In this document: one piece after another, positions 36,591-44,675 of the stretch
How positions within the stretch are numbered: position 1 is the stretch's first letter
How the letters are laid out: every line of letters starts with the position of its first letter
Virus record (IMG/VR): IMGVR_UViG_3300043178_000202
Span: 1 to 44,802 of that record
DNA: 44,802 bases
Source of the DNA: a virus
Lineage: Duplodnaviria; Caudoviricetes
Strand: one strand, 5' to 3'
The notes under the pieces: model-generated
The model's database searches: none
The model's input: only the letters and a program-made list of their open reading frames with translations
Told to the model about the DNA's origin: nothing
Position numbers and translations under genes: made by a program

Positions 36591-37549
36591 TCCGCGAGAC
36601 GCTGCAGTTGATCGACCAGGTGAGCCCGCCCGCCGCGACCGTCGAACGGTACGACACCGAGGCGGCGTGGTTGGCCGCCCGTCGGCGCGGTCTCGGCGCC
36701 TCGGAGGCGGCGGCCATCGTGGGCCTCTCGCCCTTCCTGTCGCCCATGGACGTCTGGGCCGCCAAGGTCGGCCTGGCCGAGCCCACGGCCGAGCGGGAGC
36801 GGATGCGCTGGGGGAAACGCCTCCAGCGTCCGATCGCCGAGGGGTACGCGGAGGAGACGGGGCGAACCGTCGTGGATCCCGGCCCGTACACCCTGCTCCG
36901 CTCCACGACATATCCCTGGCTGTGTGCCTCGCCGGATGCCTTCGTCATCGCCTCGGGGGCGCCCGGGCACGGCCCCGGGATGCTCGAGATCAAGAACGTC
37001 TCGGCCTGGCAGCGAGACGAGTGGGACGAGGAGCCGCCGCTCGGATACCAGGTCCAGCTGCAGATGCAGATGCTCGTCTCCGGGTTCACCTGGGGCAGTC
37101 TCGCCGCCCTCCTGGGTGGGCATGAGCTGCGGTATCGGGATCTGGCGGCATCCCCACGGGTGCAGAGCATGATCCTCGACGCCCTGGAGTGCTTCTGGCG
37201 GCAGTACGTCCAGGCCGAGGTCCCTCCGCCCGTCGATGGCTCGGAGCGCACGACCGAGATGCTCCGACGGCTCTACCCGCGGCCACAGGCGGGGGTCGTC
37301 GTCACCCTCCCGCCGGACGCCGTCGAATGGGACGCGACCATCCAGGCAGCGGAGGCGCAGATCCGGCGCCTCGACGCGGACATCCGCGAGGCGAAGAACC
37401 TTCTCCGCGCGGCCATCGGGGAGGCGGAGACGGGCGTGCTGCCCGGCGGCGTCGTCTGGCGCCACGCGCTCCAGCGCCGCCAGGGCTATACGGTCCCGCC
37501 CTGGGAAGGGCGGGTGTTGGTGCGGCGCACACAGGCACAGCGGACCTAA
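36587..37549 (+). CDS. YqaJ-family (lambda-type) exonuclease
   Basis: WLAARRRGLGASEAAAIVG.SPF, ASPDA, LEIKN and YQVQLQ.QM. Confidence 0.92.
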   Translation: MIRETLQLIDQVSPPAATVERYDTEAAWLAARRRGLGASEAAAIVGLSPFLSPMDVWAAKVGLAEPTAERERMRWGKRLQRPIAEGYAEETGRTVVDPGPYTLLRSTTYPWLCASPDAFVIASGAPGHGPGMLEIKNVSAWQRDEWDEEPPLGYQVQLQMQMLVSGFTWGSLAALLGGHELRYRDLAASPRVQSMILDALECFWRQYVQAEVPPPVDGSERTTEMLRRLYPRPQAGVVVTLPPDAVEWDATIQAAEAQIRRLDADIREAKNLLRAAIGEAETGVLPGGVVWRHALQRRQGYTVPPWEGRVLVRRTQAQRT

Positions 37550-37641
37550 CGGCGCGGCCGGGGCCGGTCCAGAGCTCCCCGTCCCTCGGGCGGGCGAGCG
37601 ATGACGGATGTCGAGGCCGGGCGCGAGAGGAGGCGCGACGC

Positions 37642-38631
37642 ATGGCAGAGATGGTGCCGATTCAACAGCGCGTGAACCGGATGCGGGAATTCCTCGAGCG
37701 ACAAAAGGGGCAGCTCAGCCTCGCGCTCCCGCGTCACCTGACGCCGGATCGACTCATCCGCGTCGTCCTGACCGAGTGTATCCGCTCGGTCCAGCATGCG
37801 CGCCCCGGGGCACCCACGCTGCTCGATTGCACGCTGGAATCCTTTGCGGGGGCCGTTCTGCAGGTCGCCCAACTCGGCCTCGAACCCGGCGTCCTCGGAC
37901 AAGCCTACCTGATCCCCTTCCGCAACGTGAAGCGCGGCACCGTCGAGGTCCAGCTCGTCCCAGGCTATAAGGGTCTCCTCATGCTGGCCCGGCGCTCGGG
38001 CCAGATCCTCTCGATCGATCCCGTCGTCGTCCACGCGAAGGACACGTTCCGGGTGCGGAAGGGGACGTCCCCCGCCATCACGCACGAGCCGTATCGTCCG
38101 AAGGGCGACGATGGCGACGCCGGGCCTGCCGTGGCCTACTACGCCATCGCCTTCCTGCGCGGCGGTGGTGTGCAGTTTGACTGGATGTGGCGGCGGGACG
38201 TCGACGCCCATCGGCAGCGCTACAGTCGCGCGGCTGACGACGGGCCCTGGACGACGAACTTCGACGAGATGGCGCTCAAGACCGTCCTGCGGCGTTTGTG
38301 CAAGTTCTTGCCGGTCACGGTCGAAGCGCAGACGGCGATCGTCCTGGACGAGCGCGCGGAGGCGGGTCTGTCGCAGGATCTCGATCTGTTATGGTCAGAT
38401 CCTCCGGCCGCCTCTCCCGCGGCTCCGTCCAAGCTGGAGCAGGCGCTGGAGGCCCGGCAGGCGACGCCTGGCCGACGCCACGGCGTCCGTGAGGATGAGC
38501 CGTCCGAGAGCGTGACGGAGGCGGCCGCGACGCCCGACCCCCCGAGCGCGGGGCCGGGCGACTCGGGTCCGGGAGCGCCGAAGACGCGCGAGCGGCGCGC
38601 GGAGGCGCCATCGCCGACCCTGCTCGGCTGA
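37642..38631 (+). CDS. recT: RecT single-strand annealing protein
   Basis: LALPRHLTPDRL, LGLEP..LGQAYLIPF, GYKGLL.LARRSG, PW.TNFDEMALKTVLRRL.K.LP. Confidence 0.95.
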   Translation: MAEMVPIQQRVNRMREFLERQKGQLSLALPRHLTPDRLIRVVLTECIRSVQHARPGAPTLLDCTLESFAGAVLQVAQLGLEPGVLGQAYLIPFRNVKRGTVEVQLVPGYKGLLMLARRSGQILSIDPVVVHAKDTFRVRKGTSPAITHEPYRPKGDDGDAGPAVAYYAIAFLRGGGVQFDWMWRRDVDAHRQRYSRAADDGPWTTNFDEMALKTVLRRLCKFLPVTVEAQTAIVLDERAEAGLSQDLDLLWSDPPAASPAAPSKLEQALEARQATPGRRHGVREDEPSESVTEAAATPDPPSAGPGDSGPGAPKTRERRAEAPSPTLLG

Positions 38632-38825
38632 TGACCGCGCCTCGCCGCTGGATCGCGGTCTGCCGCCATTCCGACTGTCCGGCGCCTCGCACGATCCAGA
38701 CCGGCGCGTCGCCCATGCCGGCGAGCGTGAGATGTCCGGGCTGCGGTCGCGAGGCGACGCCTGGCCAGGGGATCGTCTGGTTCGAGAGACGGAAGGAGAC
38801 GCCGCGCCTCGATGGCGCGTCCTGA
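38631..38825 (+). CDS. Small Zn-ribbon hypothetical protein
   Basis: CRHSDC and CPGC motifs. Coupled to recT. Confidence 0.5.
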   Translation: MTAPRRWIAVCRHSDCPAPRTIQTGASPMPASVRCPGCGREATPGQGIVWFERRKETPRLDGAS

Positions 38826-39009
38826 GCGACCGTGGCGCGGCGGGCGACGAGGCGGCCTCGGCGGATCGACCGCAAGCACCAGCGGCGGGCGCGCGTCTAC
38901 GCACGGCGTCCGTACATGCGGAGGAGCGAGGCGCTGGCCGTGCGCGAGCTGGTCGCGGCCCGCGAGCGGTACGGCGCCCGATGACGTCCCGAATCGGGAG
39001 GACAGACAG

Positions 39010-39204
39010 ATGACCCGATGGCGTTTCGTGGACGACACCGGCCACACCATCGAGCTCCGCGCCCCGACCGAGGAACTGGCCTGGGCGCGGATGCGCGCGC
39101 ACGACCCGGCCCGCCGTCTCGTGGCCGGCCCGATCCCTCAGCCCGGGCCCTCGGAGGACCGCATCGGGCTCGGCGAGCTCATGGCCATCGAGCGACCGCG
39201 ATGA
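39010..39204 (+). CDS. Hypothetical protein
   Basis: GGGAGG RBS and ATGA coupling to the next ORF. Confidence 0.6.
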   Translation: MTRWRFVDDTGHTIELRAPTEELAWARMRAHDPARRLVAGPIPQPGPSEDRIGLGELMAIERPR

Positions 39205-39428
39205 GAGGCGCGCGGTTCGAGCGGAGCGCGGATCTCCGCCATCCCCGTGGCCATCTCCGGACGCAGGAGCGGCTGGCGGCCGTGATGGCGGAGCCGGATC
39301 GCCTGGGCCGAGACGCCCTCCCCCCTCACCTGGAAGCCCTGCGGGCGTCGGTCGAGGCGCTGGCCCGGGTCCTCCGTGACGTGGTCGACACGGTCGCCCA
39401 GCCGGTCGGACTGGGGCGCCGGCCATGA
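39201..39428 (+). CDS. Hypothetical protein
   Basis: Part of a chain of ATGA-coupled ORFs. Confidence 0.5.
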   Translation: MRGARFERSADLRHPRGHLRTQERLAAVMAEPDRLGRDALPPHLEALRASVEALARVLRDVVDTVAQPVGLGRRP

Positions 39429-39634
39429 GCCGCCGGATGCCGAGCGGCGTCCTGGGCATGGTCTACGCGGCTAATGCCGTCATGGGCGATCTCCGCCGGG
39501 CGGCGGCGGCCCGCCGGGCGGCGGCGGCCCAACGGCCCCGACCGGCGCCGGCCCCGGGATCGAGGGCGGCGAGGCGGCCCGACCCGGCGCGGAATCGCGA
39601 CACGACCCCTCGCCCAGAGGAGACTATCGGATGA
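39425..39634 (+). CDS. Hypothetical protein
   Basis: Part of a chain of ATGA-coupled ORFs. Confidence 0.45.
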   Translation: MSRRMPSGVLGMVYAANAVMGDLRRAAAARRAAAAQRPRPAPAPGSRAARRPDPARNRDTTPRPEETIG

Positions 39635-40131
39635 TCACGACCCCCCGCCGTGGCCTGCAGTGGCGGCTCGACCGGACGTGGCGACGTAACCCCCGGCATC
39701 GGAGCGGTCGGTGGTCGACGCGTCGGTGGGGGATCGAGCGGGCGCTCGAGCAGGCCGTGCAGTGGCGGCGATCGCGCCGCTCGGCAGCCTCGCGCTGGGT
39801 CCGGGTCGAGCCCGGCCTGGTCGACGAGTACGACGCGACCCTCGCGGCGGCGCTGGCCCTGGCCTGGGAGGTGCCGGCGAGCTGGCGGCGCCGCCCCGGG
39901 GCCGCGCGGTACTACATCGCCGCGGCCGATCTCGCGGCGATCGGCCGGGCGCTCCGGCGGCTCTCGTCGCTGGCGCGGGCCCTGGCCCGGGCCGTCGTGG
40001 CCGCGGTCGGCCGCCCGGGCCGCCCGCGAAGGCTCCCGCCAATCGGGGATGCCGCGGCCCTGGTCCGGGCCGTGGCGCGGCGACTGGCGTCGGTTGGCCG
40101 GACGTCGCGCGATGCGCATGCCGTCGTCTGA
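39631..40131 (+). CDS. Arg/Trp-rich hypothetical protein
   Basis: GAGGAG RBS, coupled to neighbouring ORFs. Confidence 0.5.
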   Translation: MITTPRRGLQWRLDRTWRRNPRHRSGRWSTRRWGIERALEQAVQWRRSRRSAASRWVRVEPGLVDEYDATLAAALALAWEVPASWRRRPGAARYYIAAADLAAIGRALRRLSSLARALARAVVAAVGRPGRPRRLPPIGDAAALVRAVARRLASVGRTSRDAHAVV

Positions 40132-40741
40132 GTCGTGGGTCGTCCGCTGGTTCATGGCGGGGCGCGTGAGGCATTTTTTGAATCGCCGCCAGCACTGGCG
40201 TGTCGAACAGCGCGACCGGGCGGCCTGGCGGATGCGGGCGCGGGCCCATGCCACGGCGGCGCTCGTCCGGCATCCCATCGCGCCCGATGTGCCCAAGCGC
40301 ATCACGTTGCGGCTCGTCGTGGGCCGCCTGTGGGATGACGATAACCTCCGGGCGGGCAGTGCGAAGGCGGTACGGGACGGGCTCGCGGATGCCGGGCTGG
40401 TGCACGACGACGGCCCGCGGTCGGGCCATGTCTGGGTGTACGAGCAGGCGGCGACGCGGGATCGGGCGTCGTGGGGGATCGAGGTCATCGCCGAAGCGAT
40501 GCCGGCGGCGTCGCCGCCATCCTCGCCACGACCGGCGCCCACGCGCCGAAGTGCCGCGGGGCGCTCTGGACCATCAGGGCGAGCAGGCGCGCCCGGAGTC
40601 GGAGTTCGGCATACCGGCGCGACGTCGGGCGGACGTGCTCCCAGCGGATGTACTGGCGCCGCGAGAGGCCAAGCGCCGCGGCCATCCGGACCTGGGTCCA
40701 GACGAGCGTCGCCCGACACCACCGGATCGTCTCGGCCGTGA
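40118..40741 (+). CDS. RusA-like Holliday junction resolvase
   Basis: WDDDNL...AKAVRDGL.DAGLVHDD catalytic pattern. Low-complexity C-terminal tail overlaps the convergent gene. Confidence 0.75.
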   Translation: MPSSESWVVRWFMAGRVRHFLNRRQHWRVEQRDRAAWRMRARAHATAALVRHPIAPDVPKRITLRLVVGRLWDDDNLRAGSAKAVRDGLADAGLVHDDGPRSGHVWVYEQAATRDRASWGIEVIAEAMPAASPPSSPRPAPTRRSAAGRSGPSGRAGAPGVGVRHTGATSGGRAPSGCTGAARGQAPRPSGPGSRRASPDTTGSSRP

Positions 40742-40886
40742 CGGGGACGGACGGGTCCCAGGGCGTGAGGGTCCGGCGGGAGGCGCGGAGCCGCTTGCGA
40801 TGCGCCCGCTGGAAGGCGCGCGTCATGCGACGGGCTTGCCGCCGGAGGATGGCGAGCCGGTAGGGCGTCCGGCGGTTGGCGAGCAA
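40485..40886 (-). CDS. XRE-family HTH protein (start uncertain)
   Basis: AETIRWCRATLVWTQVRMAAALGLSRRQYIRWE HTH_3 pattern. Confidence 0.65.
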   Translation of the reverse strand: MLANRRTPYRLAILRRQARRMTRAFQRAHRKRLRASRRTLTPWDPSVPVTAETIRWCRATLVWTQVRMAAALGLSRRQYIRWEHVRPTSRRYAELRLRARLLALMVQSAPRHFGAWAPVVARMAATPPASLRR

Positions 40887-40981
40887 GCCGGCGCAGCGCG
40901 GGCAGACGAGCCGGACGCCATCGACCGGACACCGAGCCGCCTCGGTCGAGGGGCCCGGGAAACGGGGGTTGGGCGCGGGGA

Positions 40982-41326
40982 TCAGGGCGACGAGGGCGCT
41001 GGCGTCGGCGCATCGTCACGACGCGCGCGCCGCGGGGTGCCCCAGACGAGCGCGGCCGTCAGCGCCGGATCCTCCAGGGCCTGGCGCTGGATCGCGGCCG
41101 TGATGGCGTCCGTACGACGCGCGCGCTCCGGGGTGTCCCAGACGAGCGCGGCCGTCAGCGCCGGATCCTCCAGGGCCTGGCGCTGGATCGCGGCCGTGAT
41201 GGCGTCCGTGATCCAGGCATTCATGGACCGCGGCTGCCCTGACGAGGCCGCCGCGATCCGGACCAGGCGGGCGAGCTGGTGTTCCAGCCTGACGATGAGC
41301 ATGTGGCGCACGTGGCGCTGCGCCAT
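40982..41326 (-). CDS. Arc/ribbon-helix-helix repressor with an internally duplicated C-terminal segment
   Basis: MLIVRL...LARLVRIAAA....RSMNAWITDAI RHH pattern. GAGGGAGG RBS and its own promoter. Confidence 0.7.
   Translation of the reverse strand: MAQRHVRHMLIVRLEHQLARLVRIAAASSGQPRSMNAWITDAITAAIQRQALEDPALTAALVWDTPERARRTDAITAAIQRQALEDPALTAALVWGTPRRARRDDAPTPAPSSP
41041..41209. repeat. Direct repeat, 73-bp identical core with a 96-bp period
   Basis: CCCAGACGAG...GGCGTCCGT at 41041-41113 and 41137-41209. Confidence 0.9.
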
Positions 41327-41363
41327 AAACGCTCTGTGTTCCCTCCCTCTCGGGGCCTGTCAA

Positions 41364-41391
41364 ACTGTAGCAGAGCTAGCTTCGCTGTCAA
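41364..41391 (-). promoter_or_regulatory. Sigma70 promoter with extended -10 and a TAGC-N3-GCTA operator
   Basis: Minus strand TTGACA-N16-TACAGT with TGn immediately before the -10. Confidence 0.75.
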
Positions 41392-41458
41392 GCCACCACG
41401 GGGCCCAAGACCCCGGGGCCGGCTCGGGCCGCCGGGGCCGGGGCTCGTCAGGCGGCTG

Positions 41459-41647
41459 TTAGCGCCTCGACCACTCCGCATCCCACGGATAGCTCTCCCA
41501 CTCCCACGCGCGTCGCGGGTCGGGGCGGCCGGGGTGGAGGCTGAGCCGGACCGCCGCGAGACAGGCGCGCTCGGCATCGCGGCCGGCCGCGCGGGCCACC
41601 GCCGTCCACGCGCGGCGGAGGTCGGTGGCGGGCGCTCGGGCGGTCAT
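41459..41647 (-). CDS. Small hypothetical protein
   Basis: ATGA-coupled to the upstream clamp-like gene. Confidence 0.55.
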   Translation of the reverse strand: MTARAPATDLRRAWTAVARAAGRDAERACLAAVRLSLHPGRPDPRRAWEWESYPWDAEWSRR

Positions 41648-42444
41648 GGCTGCGCCCCCCCGTCGGTCTCGAGGGGTCGCATGGGCGTGATGACGGCGCC
41701 GTGGTACGGGCCGGTCGCGAGCGCCACCGACGCGTCCGGGGCGTAGCGCAGGGCGGTGCGGGCGTGCGCCTCGCCTGCGGCGAGCGCGTCGGCCAGGGCG
41801 TGGGGCGAGACGTGGACATGCCACGGGCCGGTCACGTCCACCAGTTCGTGGACGGGCAGCGTGTAGTCGGCGCGCACGCCGTCCGGCGCGACCGCGTGCG
41901 CGTAGGCGCCGTGAGAGGCGTCGATGCCGAGGCGGAATGTGGGCGCGCCGAGCACCCGGGCGGCGCACGCGACACGGTACCACGGCTCGCGCAGGATGAT
42001 CACAGGGCCATCGTCAATGGGCACGGGCAGGGTAGGCGGGAGATGCGCGATCGCGGGCGGGTCGGGTGTCTGCGACCACGCGATCCGACTTTGCCCGACA
42101 CGGCCCAGGGACCCGCCCTGCTGGCCCCACTGGAACACGGCGTACATCGGTAAGTAGATAGGCTCAAGGAGATACTCGCGCGCCGCGTCGCCTGGGATCG
42201 CGGCGGTGGCGGGCCCGACGCCGGACGCGCCTGACGCCTCGACGGCCGCCCAATGGGTGCGGGCCCCGTCCGTCGCCGCGAGGAGCACCAGACCCCGGGG
42301 GTAGGACATGATCAGGATCGCGTCGTGGCGCGCGGGGGCGTCGTGGAGGACTCGGATGATCTGTCTGAAGGCGTCGTAGAGCGCTAGGGCGCTGCATCTC
42401 AGGGAGTAGTCGGTCAGTGACACGGCGTGGTCGCGAGTGTCCAT
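41644..42444 (-). CDS. DNA polymerase III beta sliding-clamp-like protein (two-domain), copy 1
   Basis: LVLLAATDGAR (ATDGxRL), IPGDAA, SPHALADAL and C-terminal VITPMR. AAGGAG RBS. Confidence 0.65.
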   Translation of the reverse strand: MDTRDHAVSLTDYSLRCSALALYDAFRQIIRVLHDAPARHDAILIMSYPRGLVLLAATDGARTHWAAVEASGASGVGPATAAIPGDAAREYLLEPIYLPMYAVFQWGQQGGSLGRVGQSRIAWSQTPDPPAIAHLPPTLPVPIDDGPVIILREPWYRVACAARVLGAPTFRLGIDASHGAYAHAVAPDGVRADYTLPVHELVDVTGPWHVHVSPHALADALAAGEAHARTALRYAPDASVALATGPYHGAVITPMRPLETDGGAQP

Positions 42445-43268
42445 GGTTTTCTCCTTCTAGGTCGTGGGCTGCATGGACGCGAGGATGGCGCCGTGGTACG
42501 GGCCGGTCGCGAGCGCCACCGACGCGTCCGGGGCGTAGCGCAGGGCGGTGCGGGCGTGCGCCTCGCCTGCGGCGAGCGCGTCGGCCAGGGCGTGGGGCGA
42601 GACGTGGACATGCCACGGGCCGGTCACGTCCACCAGTTCGTGGACGGGCAGCGTGTAGTCGGCGCGCACGCCGTCCGGCGCGACCGCGTGCGCGTAGGCG
42701 CCGTGAGAGGCGTCGATGCCGAGGCGGAATGTGGGCGCGCCGAGCACCCGGGCGGCGCACGCGACACGGTACCACGGCTCGCGCAGGATGATCACAGGGC
42801 CATCGTCAATGGGCACGGGCAGGGTAGGCGGGAGATGCGCGATCGCGGGCGGGTCGGGTGTCTGCGACCACGCGATCCGACTTTGCCCGACACGGCCCAG
42901 GGACCCGCCCTGCTGGCCCCACTGGAACACGGCGTACATCGGTAAGTAGATAGGCTCAAGGAGATACTCGCGCGCCGCGTCGCCTGGGATCGCGGCGGTG
43001 GCGGGCCCGACGCCGGACGCGCCTGACGCCTCGACGGCCGCCCAATGGGTGCGGGCCCCGTCCGTCGCCGCGAGGAGCACCAGACCCCGGGGGTAGGACA
43101 TGATCAGGATCGCGTCGTGGCGCGCGGGGGCGTCGTGGAGGACTCGGATGATCTGTCTGAAGGCGTCGTAGAGCGCTAGGGCGCTGCATCTCAGGGAGTA
43201 GTCGCGAGTGTTCATGGTTTTCTCCTTCTAGGTCGTGGGCTGCATGGACGCGAGGATGGCGCCGTGGT
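41695..43268. repeat. Tandem duplication (units of 792 and 771 bp) bounded by GGCGCCGTGGT
   Basis: Units 41695-42486 and 42487-43257. The 11-mer occurs at 41695, 42487 and 43258. A 21-bp insertion lies at 42413-42433. Confidence 0.92.
42457..43215 (-). CDS. DNA polymerase III beta sliding-clamp-like protein (two-domain), copy 2
   Basis: Near-identical to copy 1 except for a 7-aa N-terminal indel, D/N at residue 2 and a different C-terminus. Confidence 0.65.
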   Translation of the reverse strand: MNTRDYSLRCSALALYDAFRQIIRVLHDAPARHDAILIMSYPRGLVLLAATDGARTHWAAVEASGASGVGPATAAIPGDAAREYLLEPIYLPMYAVFQWGQQGGSLGRVGQSRIAWSQTPDPPAIAHLPPTLPVPIDDGPVIILREPWYRVACAARVLGAPTFRLGIDASHGAYAHAVAPDGVRADYTLPVHELVDVTGPWHVHVSPHALADALAAGEAHARTALRYAPDASVALATGPYHGAILASMQPTT

Positions 43269-43436
43269 GCGGGGAGATCGTCAGCGCGACCGGGCCCGTG
43301 GCGGACAAGGGATCCGTCATCGAGCCGAGGTTAATCCCCCACGGCGCGTGATACGTGCGTGAGCGCGTGGTGGAGCTCCGCGGCCATTGCACAGCGCCGA
43401 GTAGCGGATGATGGGTGCGGCCGTGGTCGCCGTCAT
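43228..43436 (-). pseudogene. Deleted/frameshifted remnant of a third clamp-like paralogue
   Basis: AGGAGG RBS plus MTATTAAPIIRYSAL (cf. LRCSAL). A different frame ends VALTISPHHGAILASMQPTT (cf. VALATGPYHGAV). Confidence 0.5.
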
Positions 43437-43533
43437 GATTCCCTTCCTCCTTCCTGGGGTTGGTCGCTCGGCCGGGCCCGTGGCGGACATTTGTCTGCCA
43501 GCCGGGGCGCAAGGTCACGTCCTGCTGAGTGGG

Positions 43534-43561
43534 AGGATAGCATCGCTACCATTGGTGTCAA
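43534..43561 (-). promoter_or_regulatory. Sigma70 promoter with extended -10 and a TAGC-N3-GCTA operator
   Basis: Minus strand TTGACA-N16-TATCCT with TGn, same geometry as the promoter at 41364-41391. Confidence 0.75.
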
Positions 43562-44101
43562 GACCCATGATCTTGGGGTTGGTCGCGCAGACCCAGGGGG
43601 TTGTGGGCGCGCGGTCGAGCTGATGGGTTGAGCCGGACGGGCGGCGCTGGTCGGCTGCGGCAGCCTGGGGTCTGGTGGATGACGGGGCCGGCGGGGGCGC
43701 TAAAAGGCGCGGGGGCGGCCGGTAGTGAAGGCACGGGGCGGTGGGGGCGATGGGCGGTGGGAGCCGGGGGGCGGTAGGATCTCGGCCCTCGCCGATCCCC
43801 CCCCATCGCCACCCCCGATTGCGAGCCATCGGTTCCTCCTGTGCGGGCCTCGAGAGTCGAGGCGCTGCGGGCCCGCGCTGGGGCGGCGCTTCTTCCACGG
43901 GGCAGCGCCGGCCAGGGACCCAGCGGTTGGACGTTGACGGACTCTGGGCTTTGGGTACCCTACGCGGTAGGGAAGGCGGGGGTCGGTCGCACGCCGCCCC
44001 CGCCCCTGAAAACGTGCGGGCGGCTGGTGGCGGTCGTGCTAGGATGGGCTGCCAGAGACGGCGGTTGCCCTAGCGGAACATCGCGACAACCGTATAGGTT
44101 C

Positions 44102-44209
44102 TGGCGGAGGGGGTGGGATTCGAACCCACGGCCCGGTCAACTTTCCAGGGTAGCCCGGGCACTGTCGGATTTAGAGTCCGGTGCATTTCGGCCACTCTGC
44201 CACCCCTCC
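44102..44209 (-). tRNA. tRNA with CUA (amber) anticodon, Ser-type body and oversized variable arm
   Basis: Acceptor GGAGGGG/CCCCTCC, G73 and encoded CCA. D arm GCA-GAGTGGCCGAAA-TGC. Anticodon loop CT-CTA-AA. T arm GTGGG-TTCGAAT-CCCAC. Variable region 35 nt. Confidence 0.88.
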
Positions 44210-44210
44210 G

Positions 44211-44675
44211 TCAAAAACGAGAGGCCGCGTCGAAGCCCCGGGCATGAACCGTGTCGACCCACTTCGCGCCGGCCCGATCGCTCCCCGGCGCCAGGAGCCG
44301 CTGCAGGACGATCGCGAAGATCACCCGCTCGAAGTCGAACCCGAGGCGTCGTCGGCGCACCAGCCCGTGCAGCAGCGCGGGCAGCTCCAATGCCTCCCAC
44401 AGGCGCTCGAACACCAAGACCGGGCCCCAGACCTTGTCCCACTCCGCCTGCAGGGCGCCGGCGCGATGCGCCTGGACCAGCTGGAGGGTGGGCGAGTGCG
44501 CCACCAGCCCCTGGATCACCCGGTCCAGGTCGCCGGACCCCACGATCGCGTCGAGGCGCTCGAAGTTGGCGATGACGTGCTGGGTGACGCGACCGCGGTC
44601 GCGGCGGGTCTCCACGACCTGGAGGTACTGGTACTGGCGGCCGTGCGTGCGGACCCGCTTGACCCGGACGAACAT
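44211..44675 (-). pseudogene. Truncated IS1634-family transposase (N-terminal part only)
   Basis: MFVRVK...YLQVVETRR..GRV.QHVIAN...WGPVLVFERLW..L...FDFERVIFAIVLQRLLAPGSD. Ends after about 154 aa, before any DDE domain. Confidence 0.85.

Larger units (their letters stand above)
1..44101. mobile_element. Podovirus-like prophage/phage region (left end runs beyond the window)
   Basis: Contiguous terminase, portal, scaffold, capsid, tail, ejection, lysis and recombination modules. Ends at the 3' end of a tRNA gene. No tape measure or sheath gene, and no integrase in the window. Confidence 0.9.

Noticed and set aside
1-44101. Genome-wide TAG recoding of the phage
   Set aside because: Core structural and lysis genes are intact under the standard code, with no internal TAG breaking a recognisable domain.
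43562-44101. Integrase or other gene adjacent to the tRNA
   Set aside because: No recombinase motifs. The only candidate with an RBS (ATG at 43829, minus strand) is low-complexity and runs through a promoter, so it was not called.
44102-44209. Canonical tRNA-Pyl or tRNA-Sec
   Set aside because: It has a long variable arm and canonical D/T loops (unlike Pyl), and a 7-bp acceptor stem with a short D stem (unlike Sec). No pyl or sel genes are in the window.
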